Positions 13,386 through 30,560 of a stretch of DNA of 64,000 bases are shown here, one piece after another. This DNA is from the human T2T-CHM13v2.0 reference genome, Homo sapiens. The notes under the pieces were generated by a model, which was not told where the DNA came from, made no database searches, and saw nothing but the letters and a program-made list of their open reading frames with translations. The stretch lies in assembly GCF_009914755.1 (NCBI RefSeq), contig NC_060926.1, one strand, 5' to 3'. The translations under genes were made by a program, and so were the position numbers. How positions within the stretch are numbered: the first letter of the stretch is position 1; each line of letters opens with the position of its first letter.

Positions 13386-15279
13386 GAAAAAATAAGCTGA
13401 TTCAAAATGAAAAAATATATACCTAAACACATTTTGGAAGTGTTAAACCCCATCATTTGAGGCTGTTTTGTGATGCCAGCTGTGGTGAAGATAGGCCTGG
13501 GCTGTCAGGCGTCCTTAGGGACCTCTGGAGAGAACCTACCCAACTGTGCATCAGTGTCACACCTGCTCCGACACACCAGAGGCCGCGCAGTGCTTTACTT
13601 TATACAGTGAGACAAGATCATCTGTACACAATTAGAGCACAGTGACAGCCAATGTCCACGAAGTGCCAGGGACCGTCCTTCTAGGGGAGCAGGTCGAGCA
13701 TCACAAGTTGGACCTTGAAGGGTCCAGGAATCTGCTAAGTGTGAGCGGGAGTGAAGTCTTTCGTGTCAGAGAGGAGAGATGCCAGGCTCAGGATTTATGA
13801 GCCATGGGGTCTGAGAGATTCTGGTGGTTTCCAGTCATTCAGCCAGTGGGGTGGAGAGAGGAGATGGTTGCAGCCTGATGGGGAATTGGATGAATCGCGA
13901 TGGGAAAGTCATCTACTTACCTAGGAGGACTCAGGTGACTCTGTGCTGTTTTTAGAAAACCAGTTCCAAGACCGAGAAGAGAATAGTTTGTTTGTTTTGG
14001 GAGCTGTAAGTTGGTATAGCAAGATAAAAGAAATGAGACTGATTACAGGGTTTTGGCAAAAATATTGGCAAGAAGCCGTTAAGTCTCAATGAAGTTAAAA
14101 CCTATGGAAAAGAAGAGAAGGGGTTGTTTTGTTAAAAGACATTTATGCAGCATCACCGATAAATACGGGTGACTCGCAGTACATCTAAACTGCAGGGCAG
14201 TTCCCAGCATCATCTCGGGGAACACTGACCTGGTGCCTGCTGTGCACCACAGGCTCCCCCGGACAGTGTCTACAACCACTGCTGGTGCCCAAGACGTGCA
14301 CATAAAAGCTCTTTTTCTAAAAGTCTCACTGAAGCTTCCCTGAAAGCCAAGCAGTGAGAAAACAGAGGCCTCAGCCTGAATCTGTTTCCAATTAGCATAT
14401 CAAGACAGCATCTCCGCATCCAAAGCACCTAACCGGAGCCTCCCTCCTCCCTGAAAACCCACCGCAGCTGCTGCTCCAGCTTCTGGTTCCTGTGCTGGTG
14501 TGCTGGGAGAAGATGGGCTGCATGGGACTCTGGACTCTGCAGGTGACCCCGGGGTTCCAGCCCACCCATGGACCCTCCAAATGCCAGCTGGCAGCCCCTT
14601 GTATTTCTGCCTTAACTTATCAGATTTGGCTGATGGCTTGGGTTGGAAAAACAGAAGATAGGTTAAAAGCCTGAAAATGATCATTTAGTTCCACCTTAAG
14701 AAAACAGAGACATAAGTGAGGTTGCTATTATTTCAATTTAAATGTTTGATAAATAGAAAGTTGAAGCTCTATTTTACAGTTCTACAGTCTCAAATTAATA
14801 ATGTCTGCCACATAAAATTACATCTTCTGGTTTTTTAACCAGTCAATAATCGAAGTTTAAATAATATGACTTAGAAGTGAAAATATGCTTGCAATTTTCT
14901 ACCAACAACTCATTAATCATGCAGTCAACAAAGCTTCAAGAAAGGGGCCATCACAGGCACATTTGGCCAGTCAAGTGTGCGTTGTTGGTGCAGTCTTCTT
15001 TTTAACTTTATTTTAAATCCAAAATCCAAGTTACCTGTAATAAATGGAGCTTAATTCATTGTGTGTCTCGTGTCATAAGAGGAGAGGGATAGAAGTGAAG
15101 AATATAGTGGCCTAACAATGGATCTGAATACAGCAGAGCCCCAGAAAAGCAATGCTATGCTCCACGAAACAGCATTGGAACAGCAGTGCAAGGTGAGGCA
15201 CGGGCCCAGTGAGTGCCAGTGCATGCTGCTCAGCTATTTAGCTGGGTGTAACACAGAAACTAGTAAAAGTCAAGATCTT

Positions 15280-16130
15280 TTGTGCATTCACGGATCAAGG
15301 ACCTACTACGCACTCAGTCTTGTGTCGGTGCTGATACTGCTGAGGTAAATAAGATTGTTTTTGCCCTGAAGGGTCTTGTAATCTGGTAGTCATCAAAAAT
15401 GAAAAATTACAACAATATAGATGTGTCCAGGGAACTGTGGGGTCTCAGTGGAAGATGCACCCTTCATTCCACCAGAGACAGATGGGAAGGCTTCCAGGAA
15501 AAGACCCTAAAGTGCACCTCGGAGGACGGCATAGAAACACCCAGTCCAGGGAGGGAGGGGCTCAGTGAGCCCTGACGGGACCCCTAGGATGAAGCACATC
15601 TCAGGGGAGAGTGGCAGGTGAGAGGTTTCTTCCACAGCTGTGAGACCCGGGAACAACCAGCAGTCGTTGAGAGACAGAAGATGGAGGAGGCCGAGGCAGC
15701 TCACATGGGCCCTGCACGTGCCTCTCCTGGTTCAGTCACACGGCTATCACTGTGCATGAGGTCGGCTGTGTCCCCAGACAGCAGCCACGCCTGCCACCCT
15801 CGCCCCTGACTCCGGTGTCCATCACAGAAATTGCCTGAGTAAATGAACAGGGTATGGGGACGGGGGCTACAGCAATGCAGGGCCTGTGGGCTTCCACTGA
15901 GAAGTCTGGGTTTTATCCTAAAAGCAATGGGCAGCCTTTAGAGGTGTGGCTGTTTAGGAGCATGAGAGATGTAACCAACTCTGTGTTCTAGGAAGAGAAG
16001 CCTGGACATGGGACACACAGGGTGTGCAAGGGCCAGAAGGAACACAGCCTGTTAGGGAATGACTGCGAGAGTCCTGCTGAGTGCTGCTGGTCTGAAGGAC
16101 AGTGAAAGTGGAAATAACAAGGAAAGGCTT
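15280..16130 (-). mobile_element. L2 fragments
   Basis: ACCTACTACGCAC...TGCCCTGAAGGGTCTTGTAATCTGG and GGGTTTTATCCTAAAAGCAATGGGCAGCC resemble the antisense L2 3' region. Confidence 0.55.
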
Positions 16131-16319
16131 GTATGAGATGTGTCTCTTCACATGTAATTTGTATTGAAGTATAATTTGTATAAGATAAAATGCAGAAATC
16201 ATCATTGTACTACTTACTGAGTTTTGGCAGTCATATTCACCAGTATAAAAAAAATCAGCTACCCAAACCAGGGTGTGGAACATGACATCATCACTTCTAA
16301 AATCTCCTGCTGCAGCTTT

Positions 16320-18215
<1,896 letters not shown>

Positions 18216-18219
18216 ATGG

Positions 18220-19666
<1,447 letters not shown>

Positions 19667-20377
19667 GAAAATTAGAATTTTTTTTTTAAATAAGAAAACA
19701 GAATTCTCCTGTTAGGAATTAGGATGATGCTGCGTTGGCGAAGAGGGAATGGCGATGGAGGGAGATTGAGACACGGAAATGCCAGGGGTGTCCTGTATGC
19801 TGACCTGGACGCTGTGTGCTGAGTCATAGTTCATCAAGCCCTGTGTTTAGAGCTCTCATTATCTTCTGAAAGTTTGGCAAGCTATAACAAATACAAAGAT
19901 GTCAGTAAAACAAACAAACAAATAACAAGGGTGCAACCTGAGGCCCAATCAGAGCCTCTGCTCCCAGCTTGCCAACTGCCTCTGTGGTCCACTGGAAGGC
20001 AGCCATTCCACCTGTGCTCACAAGGAGCTTGGCCTGGGCAGGACTGGGCTGCACCTGGCACCCGCGTCTCCCGTCTCATCCCCTCTGTGCACAGCAACCT
20101 GGAGACCGACAGCAGCAGCCAGTGGGAAGTCTTCAACCCCATGATGCACACAGGGCGGCTGCGGCTCTGAGGTTTCCTGCCGAATTCTCAGGGTCTTCTC
20201 TTGTTGCAACTGGTTTTGCTTCCTGTCACTGATACATCGATCATCATGCTTGTAGGCTCAACAGAGGGATTTTTTTTCAATTATTTACAAAGAATGTTTA
20301 ATTGAATAAAATGAAAACAAACCCAACGTGCTATTTACAAAAAAAAAAAAAAAACACTCATTAATAAAATTATAAGT

Positions 20378-20567
20378 CAGGGTTCGGCAAACTATGACTT
20401 CAGTTTGTTTTTTGTTTATGTTTAACTGACCGTGAACTACACGTGTTCTTTGCATTTTTATAAGATTATAAAAGTAAAAAGAAGCATATGCAACAGATGC
20501 CCTGTGTATCCAAGAAACATAAAATATTTACTATGTGGCTCTTTATGAAATAGGTTTACCAAACCTG
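20378..20567 (+). mobile_element. MER58C-like hAT-Charlie MITE
   Basis: Termini CAGGGTTCGGCAAACT and AGGTTTACCAAACCTG; internal AAAATATTTACTATGTGGCTCTTTA. Confidence 0.75.
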
Positions 20568-22750
20568 ATTGTGAAGAAGGACTGAGTCACAGAGGGATGT
20601 GCAGAAGGCCGGGCAGAGGTGGCAGCAAGCCAGCTAGAGGGTGGAGGTCTCCGTGTGAGGGCGCTGAGTGGGGGCAGTGGGTCAAAGCCTCCTGGGGGCA
20701 CTCTGTGGAAAGCACGTTTAACAGTCACCAATTTATATGCACAGAACTTAGCACCTGAGTATAAACCAACAATGAAAACGTAATAAGAACGGGACAAAAT
20801 ACATAAAAAGCCCAATGGATTTCAGTCCCATCCAATCCAGTAAAATAGTAGTGGAAAATTTTAACCACAACTTTTAGAATGGGGACGCTCCAGTGCATAA
20901 ACCTAAATCGTGATGCAGAAAAACTGAACACGCAGTCAGTAAAACAAATTCAGTAACTATATATATAGAATGTCACTTGAATAGAAAACATGAACATCCA
21001 CTGACCATTTAAAAAAATGAAATTTAGAAGTCGAAAAGTAATAAAGGCAGTAATAGTGAAGTGGGTAACAGGATGAAAGGGTAATCCTTAGATCAAATCT
21101 CAATTTCTAAGGAACATTGCAAGTCTCACATTACGGCTGGTGGCCACTCGATAATAAAACATCACTGCACGAGCCTGGCTAAGGTGATACAGAGAGGTCC
21201 CTATTTCCCATGGGGGTGTGGGAGAGATGCACGGTCTCATCCGTGGCTGCTGGGCTTGGTAAAGCACTTTGGAGAGAAATCTGACAGCATGCATTCAAGT
21301 TAAAAATGCATCAACCTTTCTGTGAGCCAGCTTAGTCCCCAGCATCTGTTCTGTGGAATAAAAGCCCAAGTAAGAATTAATGTGCAAGGAAAGTTATGGC
21401 AAACTATGTTCGTAGTTGCAGAAGTCTGGAAACCAGGCAAATGCCCATCAGTAGAAGAATAGCTGAATAGATGATTGTATTTAACACGGTGGAGGGTTAA
21501 GCAGACGCAGCATTAACATCATGAGCTTTTAAGAGCTAATTAAAAATATATCAGTTGACTTGGGTTTCAAAGTTGTGGATGAGTTAAAAAAAAAACAGAT
21601 TTGGGAGACGTACAATAGAATCCCATTTGTATTAATGGGATTTTTAATAATGGCTAAGGTAAATGTGAATTTAAATATTTATGCTTGTGTTTGCATATTA
21701 TCATATGGCCATGGAGAAAAATACGTGGAAGTCTACATGCCAGGTTTCTATCTGGAGGAGGGAGTGGGAGAGGAGGCGGCAAGGAGAAAAAAGGTTATTG
21801 AAAATGGAAAAGAGAAAAAAAATAAGAGAAAAATAAGGAATGCACCCCTAACAAGGTAATTTACATATTTATATGATTGCATTTATGGGTATAAGCATAA
21901 AGCATTATTAAAGAAAAATAAAAGTGAATGCTTATTTCTGGAGAGCTCTGTAATTTGTCAGGCAAGTTTCCTGGGCCTAGACACACAGTCAAAGGCAGTC
22001 AGTGAGGAAAGGGCAGCTAAGCCAGCCCTGAGGGTGGGTAAGGGCCAGGATCTCAGCTGGTGCACACAGCCGGGAGTGTGGTGCTGATGAAACATTGTTG
22101 GGAAGTTTAAGGATTGTGAGCCGACGGTTGTGCAGAGGCATCCGGCCTCCATCGTAAGATGCCAGACTCGGGCCATTGATTTGGCAAGAAATTCCCAAGA
22201 TCTGACCAGAGTGCCTGTGTCTGTGTGGAGAGACCTCTGTGTCCATCTGCAGCCCTCTGTGGAGGGTGTAGTCCGGGCCAGCATGACTCCTGTGAGCCTC
22301 GGCCTCCACACTGACAAACAGGAGTGTGGTCTGAGACAAGGTTCCAGATCCCTTCCCTGTCCAGAGCTCCTAAAGCTTCCCCTTCTATTCAGATGTTTCT
22401 CTAATTAGAATAAAACTCTATTTTAATTGCATTATATAAGCAGAAAAACCTTGAGAACAGTTAGAAAACATTGATGAAAATGACATAAAGGTGCCCTGGG
22501 GCTGTGACGAGAAATTGGCTCATTGTATCTGGAAATGAAAGAAGAACAGGGACATTTAGAAAGGAAAAGTTCTGTCCTTAATTGAAATAAATTCTGTACT
22601 GCAAGTAGTATTAGAAGGTAATCATTTACATAAATAATAGTTAATGCTAGCAAACAGTGAAATGTAATTAGGGCAGAGAGACGCTGAGGCTCATTAGAAA
22701 GAACAACAACGCTGAGCTGTGAGCCGGAGGAGGCAGCCGGGTTCTGATGG

Positions 22751-23086
22751 AAGCTGCCTCGACCACCAGAACAACACCGCAAGCGTCCAGCAGCAGTAAG
22801 GGGCACAAGCTGCCTCGACCACCAGGCCAATGCCACCAGCGTCCAGCAGCAGCGAGGGGCACAAGCTGCCTCGACCACCAGAACAATGCCGCCAGCGTCC
22901 AGCAGCAGTGAGGGGCACAAGCTGCCTCGACCACCAGAACAACGCCGCCAGCGTCCAGCAGCAGTGAGGGGCACAAGCTGCCTCGACCACCAGAACAATG
23001 CCGCCAGCGTCCAGCAGCAACGAGGGGCACAAGCTGCCTCGACCACCAGAACAACACCGCAAGCGTCCAGCAGCAGCGAGGGGCAC
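22751..23086. repeat. 56-bp VNTR, 6 copies (AAGCTGCCTCGACCACCAGAACAAYRCCGCCAGCGTCCAGCAGCAGYGAGGGGCAC)
   Basis: Units start at 22751, 22807, 22863, 22919, 22975 and 23031. Confidence 0.97.
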
Positions 23087-23231
23087 GGAGAGCAGGCAGT
23101 GCAGAAGTCAAACCCCTAACAGCCACAGGAAACTCAGGGCAAACGGAAGCGTTTCCATTCTCCAGCCCTTCTTTCAATATTCTTAACATGAGCAATCCAT
23201 GAGCCCTCATTTTGCAGCCCACAGAACCTCA

Positions 23232-23561
23232 GCCAGCGTGTGAGGAAGAAGCTCCAGGCGGCGGCAGCCAGCGTGTGAGGAAGAAGCTCCACGCGGCGGC
23301 CAGTGTGTGAGGAAGAAGCTCCACGCGGCGGCGGCCAGTGTGTAAGAAAGAAGCTCCACGCAGCGGCCAGCGTGTGAGGAAGAAGCTCCACGCAGCGGCC
23401 AGCGTGTGAGGAAGAAGCTCCAGGCGGCGGCGGCCAGCGTGTGAGGAAGAAGCTCCACGCGGCGGCCAGTGTGTGAGAAAAGCTCCACGCAGCGGCCAGC
23501 GTGTGAGGAAGAAGCTCCAGGCGGCGGCCGCCAGCGTGTGAGGAAGAAGCTCCACGCGGCG
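23232..23561. repeat. 32/35-bp CpG-rich VNTR, 10 copies (GCCAGCGTGTGAGGAAGAAGCTCCASGCGGCG[GCG])
   Basis: Units start at 23232, 23267, 23299, 23334, 23366, 23398, 23433, 23465, 23495 and 23530. Confidence 0.97.
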
Positions 23562-26500
23562 CTTGCTCAGGGAATCCTGCTCCAGGGCGTGCTCACTTGC
23601 TGTTATTGTGTTTTATTTTTCCTGAGACTGTAAATGGAGCGGATAGAAGTTCAGAACCATCGGTCCCTCTTCTTCCTGGGTCATCCTGAGCTCGGCAGTG
23701 AGAGCACCTACGACTAGGGAGCGGCCGAGCAGAGGGAACAAGGCCGTGCCCGCTAAGGTTCTCCCGGGACGGTGGCGAGCCCACGCTTGCCAGGCATGAC
23801 GCCTCGACCTCCAGCGTCCAGAGCGTCCCTTCATTGGTTCACAGGAACTTTTCACATGTGTCCGTCCACTTTTCTTAGGAATATTTATTTAGGTGAGGTT
23901 ATTCATTCTGACACTGGAAGAAAAGTGCAAAACCTCGTGTGGACTTCGTAGGTGGAGCATTTGAGTTATCATCGGAAAACTAGAGCCCGGACTGTATGAG
24001 GAAGGTAATTCATGTTTACAACTGATTATTGCTTTGGGTGATTTTCTCTAATGCAATAATAAAAATAGTAGAAAGAAACTTTTCAACTGTGAAACCCAAA
24101 CTTAATATTACTATATCATTATTATCAGTCTTTAAACACCTATTTCAGACAAGTTTTTTAAAATATAAAGACAAGACCTAATAAGAGGTGTGAGTTTTAC
24201 AAATATACCAGAAAAGTGTGTGCCTGAATAAGTGTTGACCCCTCAGAGTGACCCCTGCTGGTCGCAGGGAACCTGTTCCCATCACGTCCCCACTCACCCA
24301 CAAGGCAGCGGCGCCTCCTCGGTGGTCCTGGCGCCCATGACGCGTTGCTGGGAAAATCTCCCACCCGGACGTTAACTGTGGGCTTCACTTACTTTCAGTT
24401 CCTGGGGGAAGGCTCGACAGAGCAAGCTTTAGTCCCCCTCAAAAAAGAAATGGTGTAAAATCAGTGAAAGCCGTCTGCTTTTGTGTTTGGCGAGCAGGAA
24501 GTCACAGAGGGAGGCCCCGTCTGTGTTAGGTCAGGCTTCATTTCTTCATTTGTTAACAAATCCTTCTTAGTGGCCCCTACAGCCGGTCTTGAAACTGGCC
24601 ACTGAGATAAGAGGTCGTCTTCCCATCGAGTACTCTGAAAAATGCCCCCTTGGCCTTTAAGATGAGGCATTGAGTATTTGCTCAAAAGATGGTGTTTTCT
24701 TCATCATGTCACTTCAGACATACACCTATATATAAATGCATGTGTATATATGTATATATAAAATAGTATTCTCCTAAATTCCAAATCACGTTACTTCTGA
24801 TTAAAGATTATTGGAAGCCACATGCAATTCTAAAGATAAAAATAAGCAGGAGAGAAATTACTACTGACCATAGTGCCTAGTCTAATGAGTAGAGGTAGGT
24901 TGTTTATTCAGAGTTATTTAAACAAAACGGAAGCACCATACAGCAGCTTTTCCATGTCTTTCGGGCTTTATCGTGTAAAATGCCCTGGGCTCTGATTTTT
25001 AACGTGGTCTGCATCAACTTGTAAGTGTTTTGGTCTACATATGGGTGTGTGGAACAGAAATTCACGTTCTTGAATATTGTTTTAAAAGTAGACATATTAC
25101 TATTAAGGTTATTCCAATAAAATTCTAGTGTAGTTTGACAGGAAGCCCCGTGTTTGAATGAACGTGGTGGCCATGTGGCTGGGCGGCGTCCTGGCAAAAG
25201 CTCCCTGAAGATGCTGACATCTGTTCAGGCCTGGACCCTGGCTGTGGTTCAGAAGTGTATCATTATCAATGCCTCTCTAAGGCAGGGAAAGTAACATCAG
25301 CAGGTGACAAGAACCACTGTGCCTATTTCAACAACTTCTGCCACCTGAAGTGAGAGTGGGCTGCTCCACCAGGGCAAGGCAGGCCAGCACCAGGCCCTGT
25401 GGGGGCTGATACCTGCCCATCCTCTGCCAGGGTCTTGGCCATGTGGTCACGGCACACCTGGAATCTGGCCAGTGTGATTGGGACCAGGGTGTTCAACTTA
25501 CTTAATTAATTTAAATGCAATCAGCCTCGTGTTCGCATGCCAGCAAAGCAGCACATCCTCGGGTTTAGCGAAAGGCTGATGCCAGCATGTGTAGATAGAA
25601 TGAGAAACCCTAACCTGAGAGGATTCGATTGCACTGGAGAAGCCGCAGACATCCGGGGAAGCTGGTAGAGACAAGACAAGCCAGCAAGAGTAGGAAGATG
25701 CACGCAGGCTGAGAGACCCAGGAGGAAGCAGAAAAAAACGCAACAAAGGAAAAGGTTCACTTTCCTGAGCCCGCAAAATCAGATGGCCCAGGACACAGAA
25801 GCTCCGCCCTCCACTGCCCTGGGTCGAGATCTTCCTCTGTGTACAGTGAATTCACCATTTTACCACATGAGAAAACCCACATGCAAATGAAGCAGACAGC
25901 GCCCACAGCCAGGCGGCTCCAGCTCCAGGGAGGCCGGTGCAGGGGCCTGAGGCAGTTGCTGCTCCAAAGCGTAAAACTAGGAGGAGGAGAGATGTGCATT
26001 ATCTACACCACTGCTGAGCTGCACTTCCACTTGGGAACGTTCAGATGCCACAGACCTGCTACATTTCTGGAGATGCTGGCGTGACGAGTCATTAGCTCAG
26101 CAATGGGAGCTCCACTGGGCTCATTCTCCTGCCCTGGGGAAGCAGGTGCCCGAATCAGGAACTTAGGTCCCCACTTACTTACAAAAATGTACAATGAAGA
26201 AGAAGTAATCTGAGCCTTCATAGGGAGTCTGTGAACAATGAAGAATTGAAGACATTATTATATCCAGTTATTTTAAGTGTCACTGGGTACAGAACACTCT
26301 GACAGGTGCTTCTTGTTGTTTTAATTCTAAGTATTTCATGGTCTTCAGAGACACAAAGTCACAGTGCTAGTAACAGTACTAGTAAAACCAGGTTAGTTAA
26401 GCCCTAAAAATAAATAAGAAGCCATTGTGTGCACACACATGCAGGCACACGAACGTTGACTTAAAATGCTTCGAAATGTACTATTGCATCTTATCTTTAC

Positions 26501-29500
26501 ACAAGGTTATAATACAGAATAAAGTTTTAAAAATATGTCCACTTTACACATGTGAGAGCTGCAGCTCAAATAATTTAAGAGACATGTTCTAACTCCCAGG
26601 ACTGGGTAAAGATGGTCGAATCTGGAGCCGGCCTTGGTTCCCCACAGCCCGTGACAAGGAGTGTGGAGCTTCACCCGGGAGGCTCTTTCAGCCCAAGGAT
26701 CAGCTGTGGGGCAGCGCAGCAGGCACGGCCATGCTGCATCCTCCTTTTCAGCAGAAATCCAATGTTCGTCTCACGTTTCTGTTTTGTTTTGTTTCTTACC
26801 ACCAGGGCTCTGGGAGTTAATTACAAAATTTAATTTTAAAGGAGACAGTCCTTGTCACTAGGGTTCCTAGGAGACTGATTATACAAAAAGAAAAATAAAT
26901 ACTGGTGGATGAGAAACTTCTGCAAAATTGTTACTTAATATATAATTATAACTTAAGAAGAATGTATATTACAATAATAATTTAATTTGTTACTGTCATT
27001 TTCTTGCCAAATTTGAAGCTAATTTTTTAAAGCTCCCGACAAGTGGTTTACTGTGGAGCAAACACTGGCATACTTTAGGCTTACAATCTGCTGACAACCC
27101 CGTCTTAGCCCTTCACTTGGAAAATGTGAGCGTGCACTGTTCATGTGCCTGTCAAGCACGTACACCACTCAGAAGGACAACAGCCACTCAGGTTATCAGG
27201 TGAATGTGTGACGAGCCATTAAGAGGCTGCACGTGGGCTCGGGAAAATGAAATTCCCACCATAAACCTGTCCCCCATTTCCATCCCATGCCCTGCCCCTG
27301 CCCCTGCCCCAAAGCAATGTCTCCACCTCTTAGGAATGTTTGATTTTCATTATTGCTAAACAGGGGCCAAAGAAAACAAACTGAACAAAGAAACAAAGAA
27401 AGCCTTTAACACAGTGAACAAAGACACAGCAGCCCTACCCACAGCTCCGGAGCCACACAGCGGCTCCCAGAGCCGGAGCACAGGCCAGGGAGCTCTGGCC
27501 CGTGGATCTCACCAATGCATTTCTTCCCAACGTGTCCAAAAAGCATCCAGAAATGGGGTTCACTTAACTGGGACATACAATAGTGTATACCTATAGTTTT
27601 GTCCCAGAGCTGTATAAACTGGTACACTGTCTGCCACAATACAGTCCTCACCCTGACCCAGGAGCTCAGGTAGGGAGAAGCCGGCAGAGTTGGAGGCCTG
27701 GAAGACACCGGTGCTCAGAGTGGGAAAAACCACCACAGAGAGCCAGGCCCTGCCTACCAGTCACATTTTTAGGAGTCTAGTGGCCTAGCCGGGCTGGGAG
27801 ACGTTCTCTAAAGGACAGGCAAGAAATATTGCCCCGTGTCTCCCACCACTGAGCAGGAAGCACAGGTCAGCCCCAGGCTCAGCTGCCTCCTGCCAGGGTG
27901 TTGAGCCAGGCCCAGGCTGTGCCCCACCCCCCCATGCAACCCTCAAGAGGACTGCCTGCCAGGCTGGATCAACTGCACCAGGCCCTGACACCCTGGGAAG
28001 GACAGGGATGCATTTGACAGAAACAGCTAAACCTGCAGGGATGACCCAGCCTTTCCTCAGGGCCACAGGACAGTTTATAGAAAGTGCTATCTACCAGGAC
28101 GAGATCTCACACGACACCGTCACAGGGACCGGTTTCATGCCACGGAGGGAGGAAGAGGGCGCACACCATGGGTCTGGTCACGGCACCTGCACCCCTGGGA
28201 GCTGCAGACCCAGCTGCCTGGCTCAGGTGCAAAATCAGGGCTGAGCCTGGAGGACACAGCGTCTAGGCGAATCCATCACCTTTGCCTAGTGCCATGTCCC
28301 ACCAGGTGGAACATGTGGCAATGGGAGCACCCACTGCCGTCAGAAGCCCAGTGTCCCCACCCAAGCCCCGCATCACGCCCAGGATCAGTGGGTGCATCTC
28401 TACCCTGCACATCAGCTCTGAAAGGTGGGAGCTCCCGGTTTTCACAGCTGTGGGGCTTCCAGGAGGGGCAGGGCCAGGTTTCCTGGAAGGATGAGCTCTG
28501 TGTACAACAGTGTCCTTAGGCTGCTCATCAATGGACCCGCAGGCAGGAAAATGGGCACCACCTGGACCTGGTGTCAGCAGGAGCAGGGCTGTGCTGCCTG
28601 GGGCAGGGGGCTTCACGCAGGCATCTCCCGGTGCCCAGCATTGGATGGTGTGTGGCCGTGTGCAGGAGCCCAGCCCAAGGACTCCGTGGTGAGCAAGGCT
28701 CAGGGTCTCCTAGGGGTGAGGGCCTGGGCTGCACCACCAGGGGATCACCTGGACCCTCAGCAGAAGGTGGAGGGGGCGGGACCTTACCTGCGCGGCCCTG
28801 AGATAGGTGGCGGCCACAGGACTTAGGGTTCATGGAACCCGCCTTTTCTAACCAGCACCCAGGAAAAGGCCTAGAATTTAAGGAAGGTGAGGCCCCTGGC
28901 AGTGCAGCGCTGGACCACACCCACTGGTGCACACCTGAACCTCCCCCAGGGCCTCGGCCGTGAGCTTTGATTATAGACACACTTAACGCCACAGCCCCTT
29001 GACTATTCCCTTCGCCTCTGAAAATCCAGACAGGATGCTACTGTTTGTGGAAACGTGTATGTCCTTCGTGTGTTTTTCACTTTGACCATAAACTCATCTG
29101 CAGCAAAAATGTATGCAGAGACCCCATGTGCACCCAGGGTCTGCAGACGTCTCTGAGAGTTTGCGTCTCGGTTCCCAGAAGGTGCGGCAGCTCGGAAACA
29201 TGTGCCACTGGTTTCTTGTCTCGGTGCATTTTTGCTCCCCATGGACACGCTTGTCTCAGATTTTTTAAAACGCCAAGGGTGGGAGGCAGCATGATGCAGA
29301 AAGGGCAGAAAACGTAAGGGCTGGATTTGGGGACCCTTACTAGACACCTTGGGGCATGCAGCACAGTGCAGGCCCACACACGAGGTACAGAGCCGCAGAA
29401 TGTTGTAATAAATGAAATCATGGTTTTTGGCCAGAAAAACCATGGGAAGCTTTATGGAGACGGCAAAGCTTGAGTGGGGCCTTGAAGGTGGGCCTTTTCA

Positions 29501-30008
29501 AGGGGGGTGATAGGTGAGGAGGGGTAGTCTGGGATCCCGGGCGGGTTCTGCAGGTTTTGGACACACTTCTATTGGTGCAATCCGTGTGCAGAGGTGATAG
29601 TTTCATGACTGACATATTTAGGTACATGTCACATCCATAATAATACTGTGTAATAATTATAAAGCCAGCATTGAAATAATAAGAACCACCCACTAGCACA
29701 GCCAGTAAAAATGAGATAGATTTCACTTTCCCTTACAGTGAAGCAAAGATCACAAATCCTTAAAGTAAATGGATTTTCTCATTAACCCACATTCCCCCAA
29801 AAGCTTTAATGGTGCCTACTGTGAAATGAAAATGGAGCCTATTTTCCTTTAAGTTTTAAGTAAACTCTTAATTCTAGCTGGGATTCATTGCCTTGAACCC
29901 ACTGTGACATTAGCTGAAGGAGGAGCCCAATTAAGTTTTTAATTTTGCTGAGTGAGCCCTCAGGTGCGACTCATTTGCTAATTAAGTAAAGCGAGGGGAT
30001 TCAATGAG

Positions 30009-30020
30009 TGGCGCTGTGAG
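30009..30020 (+). other. Candidate primer-binding site complementary to the 3' end of tRNA-Ser(CGA)
   Basis: TGGCGCTGTGAG is the reverse complement of CTCACAGCG-CCA (recalled tRNA-Ser-CGA 3' end); it lies upstream of, and on the same strand as, the Gypsy gag remnant. Confidence 0.4.
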
Positions 30021-30560
30021 TGCGGCAGCCCCAGAGCAGAAGAAACAGGTGCAGCCCCATAGCCACCTTAAGTCAACTGTGAGAAGGTTCACACTACATG
30101 GAAAACAAGAAAAACCTTTAGAAAGACAGTCTCCACAATTGCCAAGGACAAGATGTCCTTTTAGCATGCAGGAATGCAGTGAGTAACTGGGCTTCTCCTG
30201 TTTCCTGGTCGGCAAGGTCCCAGGCAGCGTTCCATTTGTAAGGCAAGGTGTGGATCCTTAATCCCTGGGAGCCACAGGTGTAAAAGGCATTGCACACTCT
30301 GCCAATAGTTCCACTAATGCAAGTTTTTGGTTACTTTCTCTTAATGAATACTGAGATTTCCTTCCTTAAATACGATAGAAAAGAGCACCTGAGCTAGGGC
30401 AGATGACCAGGAGGCGCGCCAGCCTTTCACAGCTGGAAAGGCAATTCTCATCTCTCCACGCCAAGTTTCAGAGCTTATTTCTGCCCACTCACCAAGACTT
30501 TCTTATTTTCTCAATGATGGGTTCTAAAGTCTAAGGCAAAAGTAGATTATTAAATGCAGG

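Noticed and set aside
22432-23555. Repetitive minus-strand ORFs, and a superficial CRISPR-like appearance
   Set aside because: Head-to-tail VNTRs without unique spacers in primate DNA; no cas genes.
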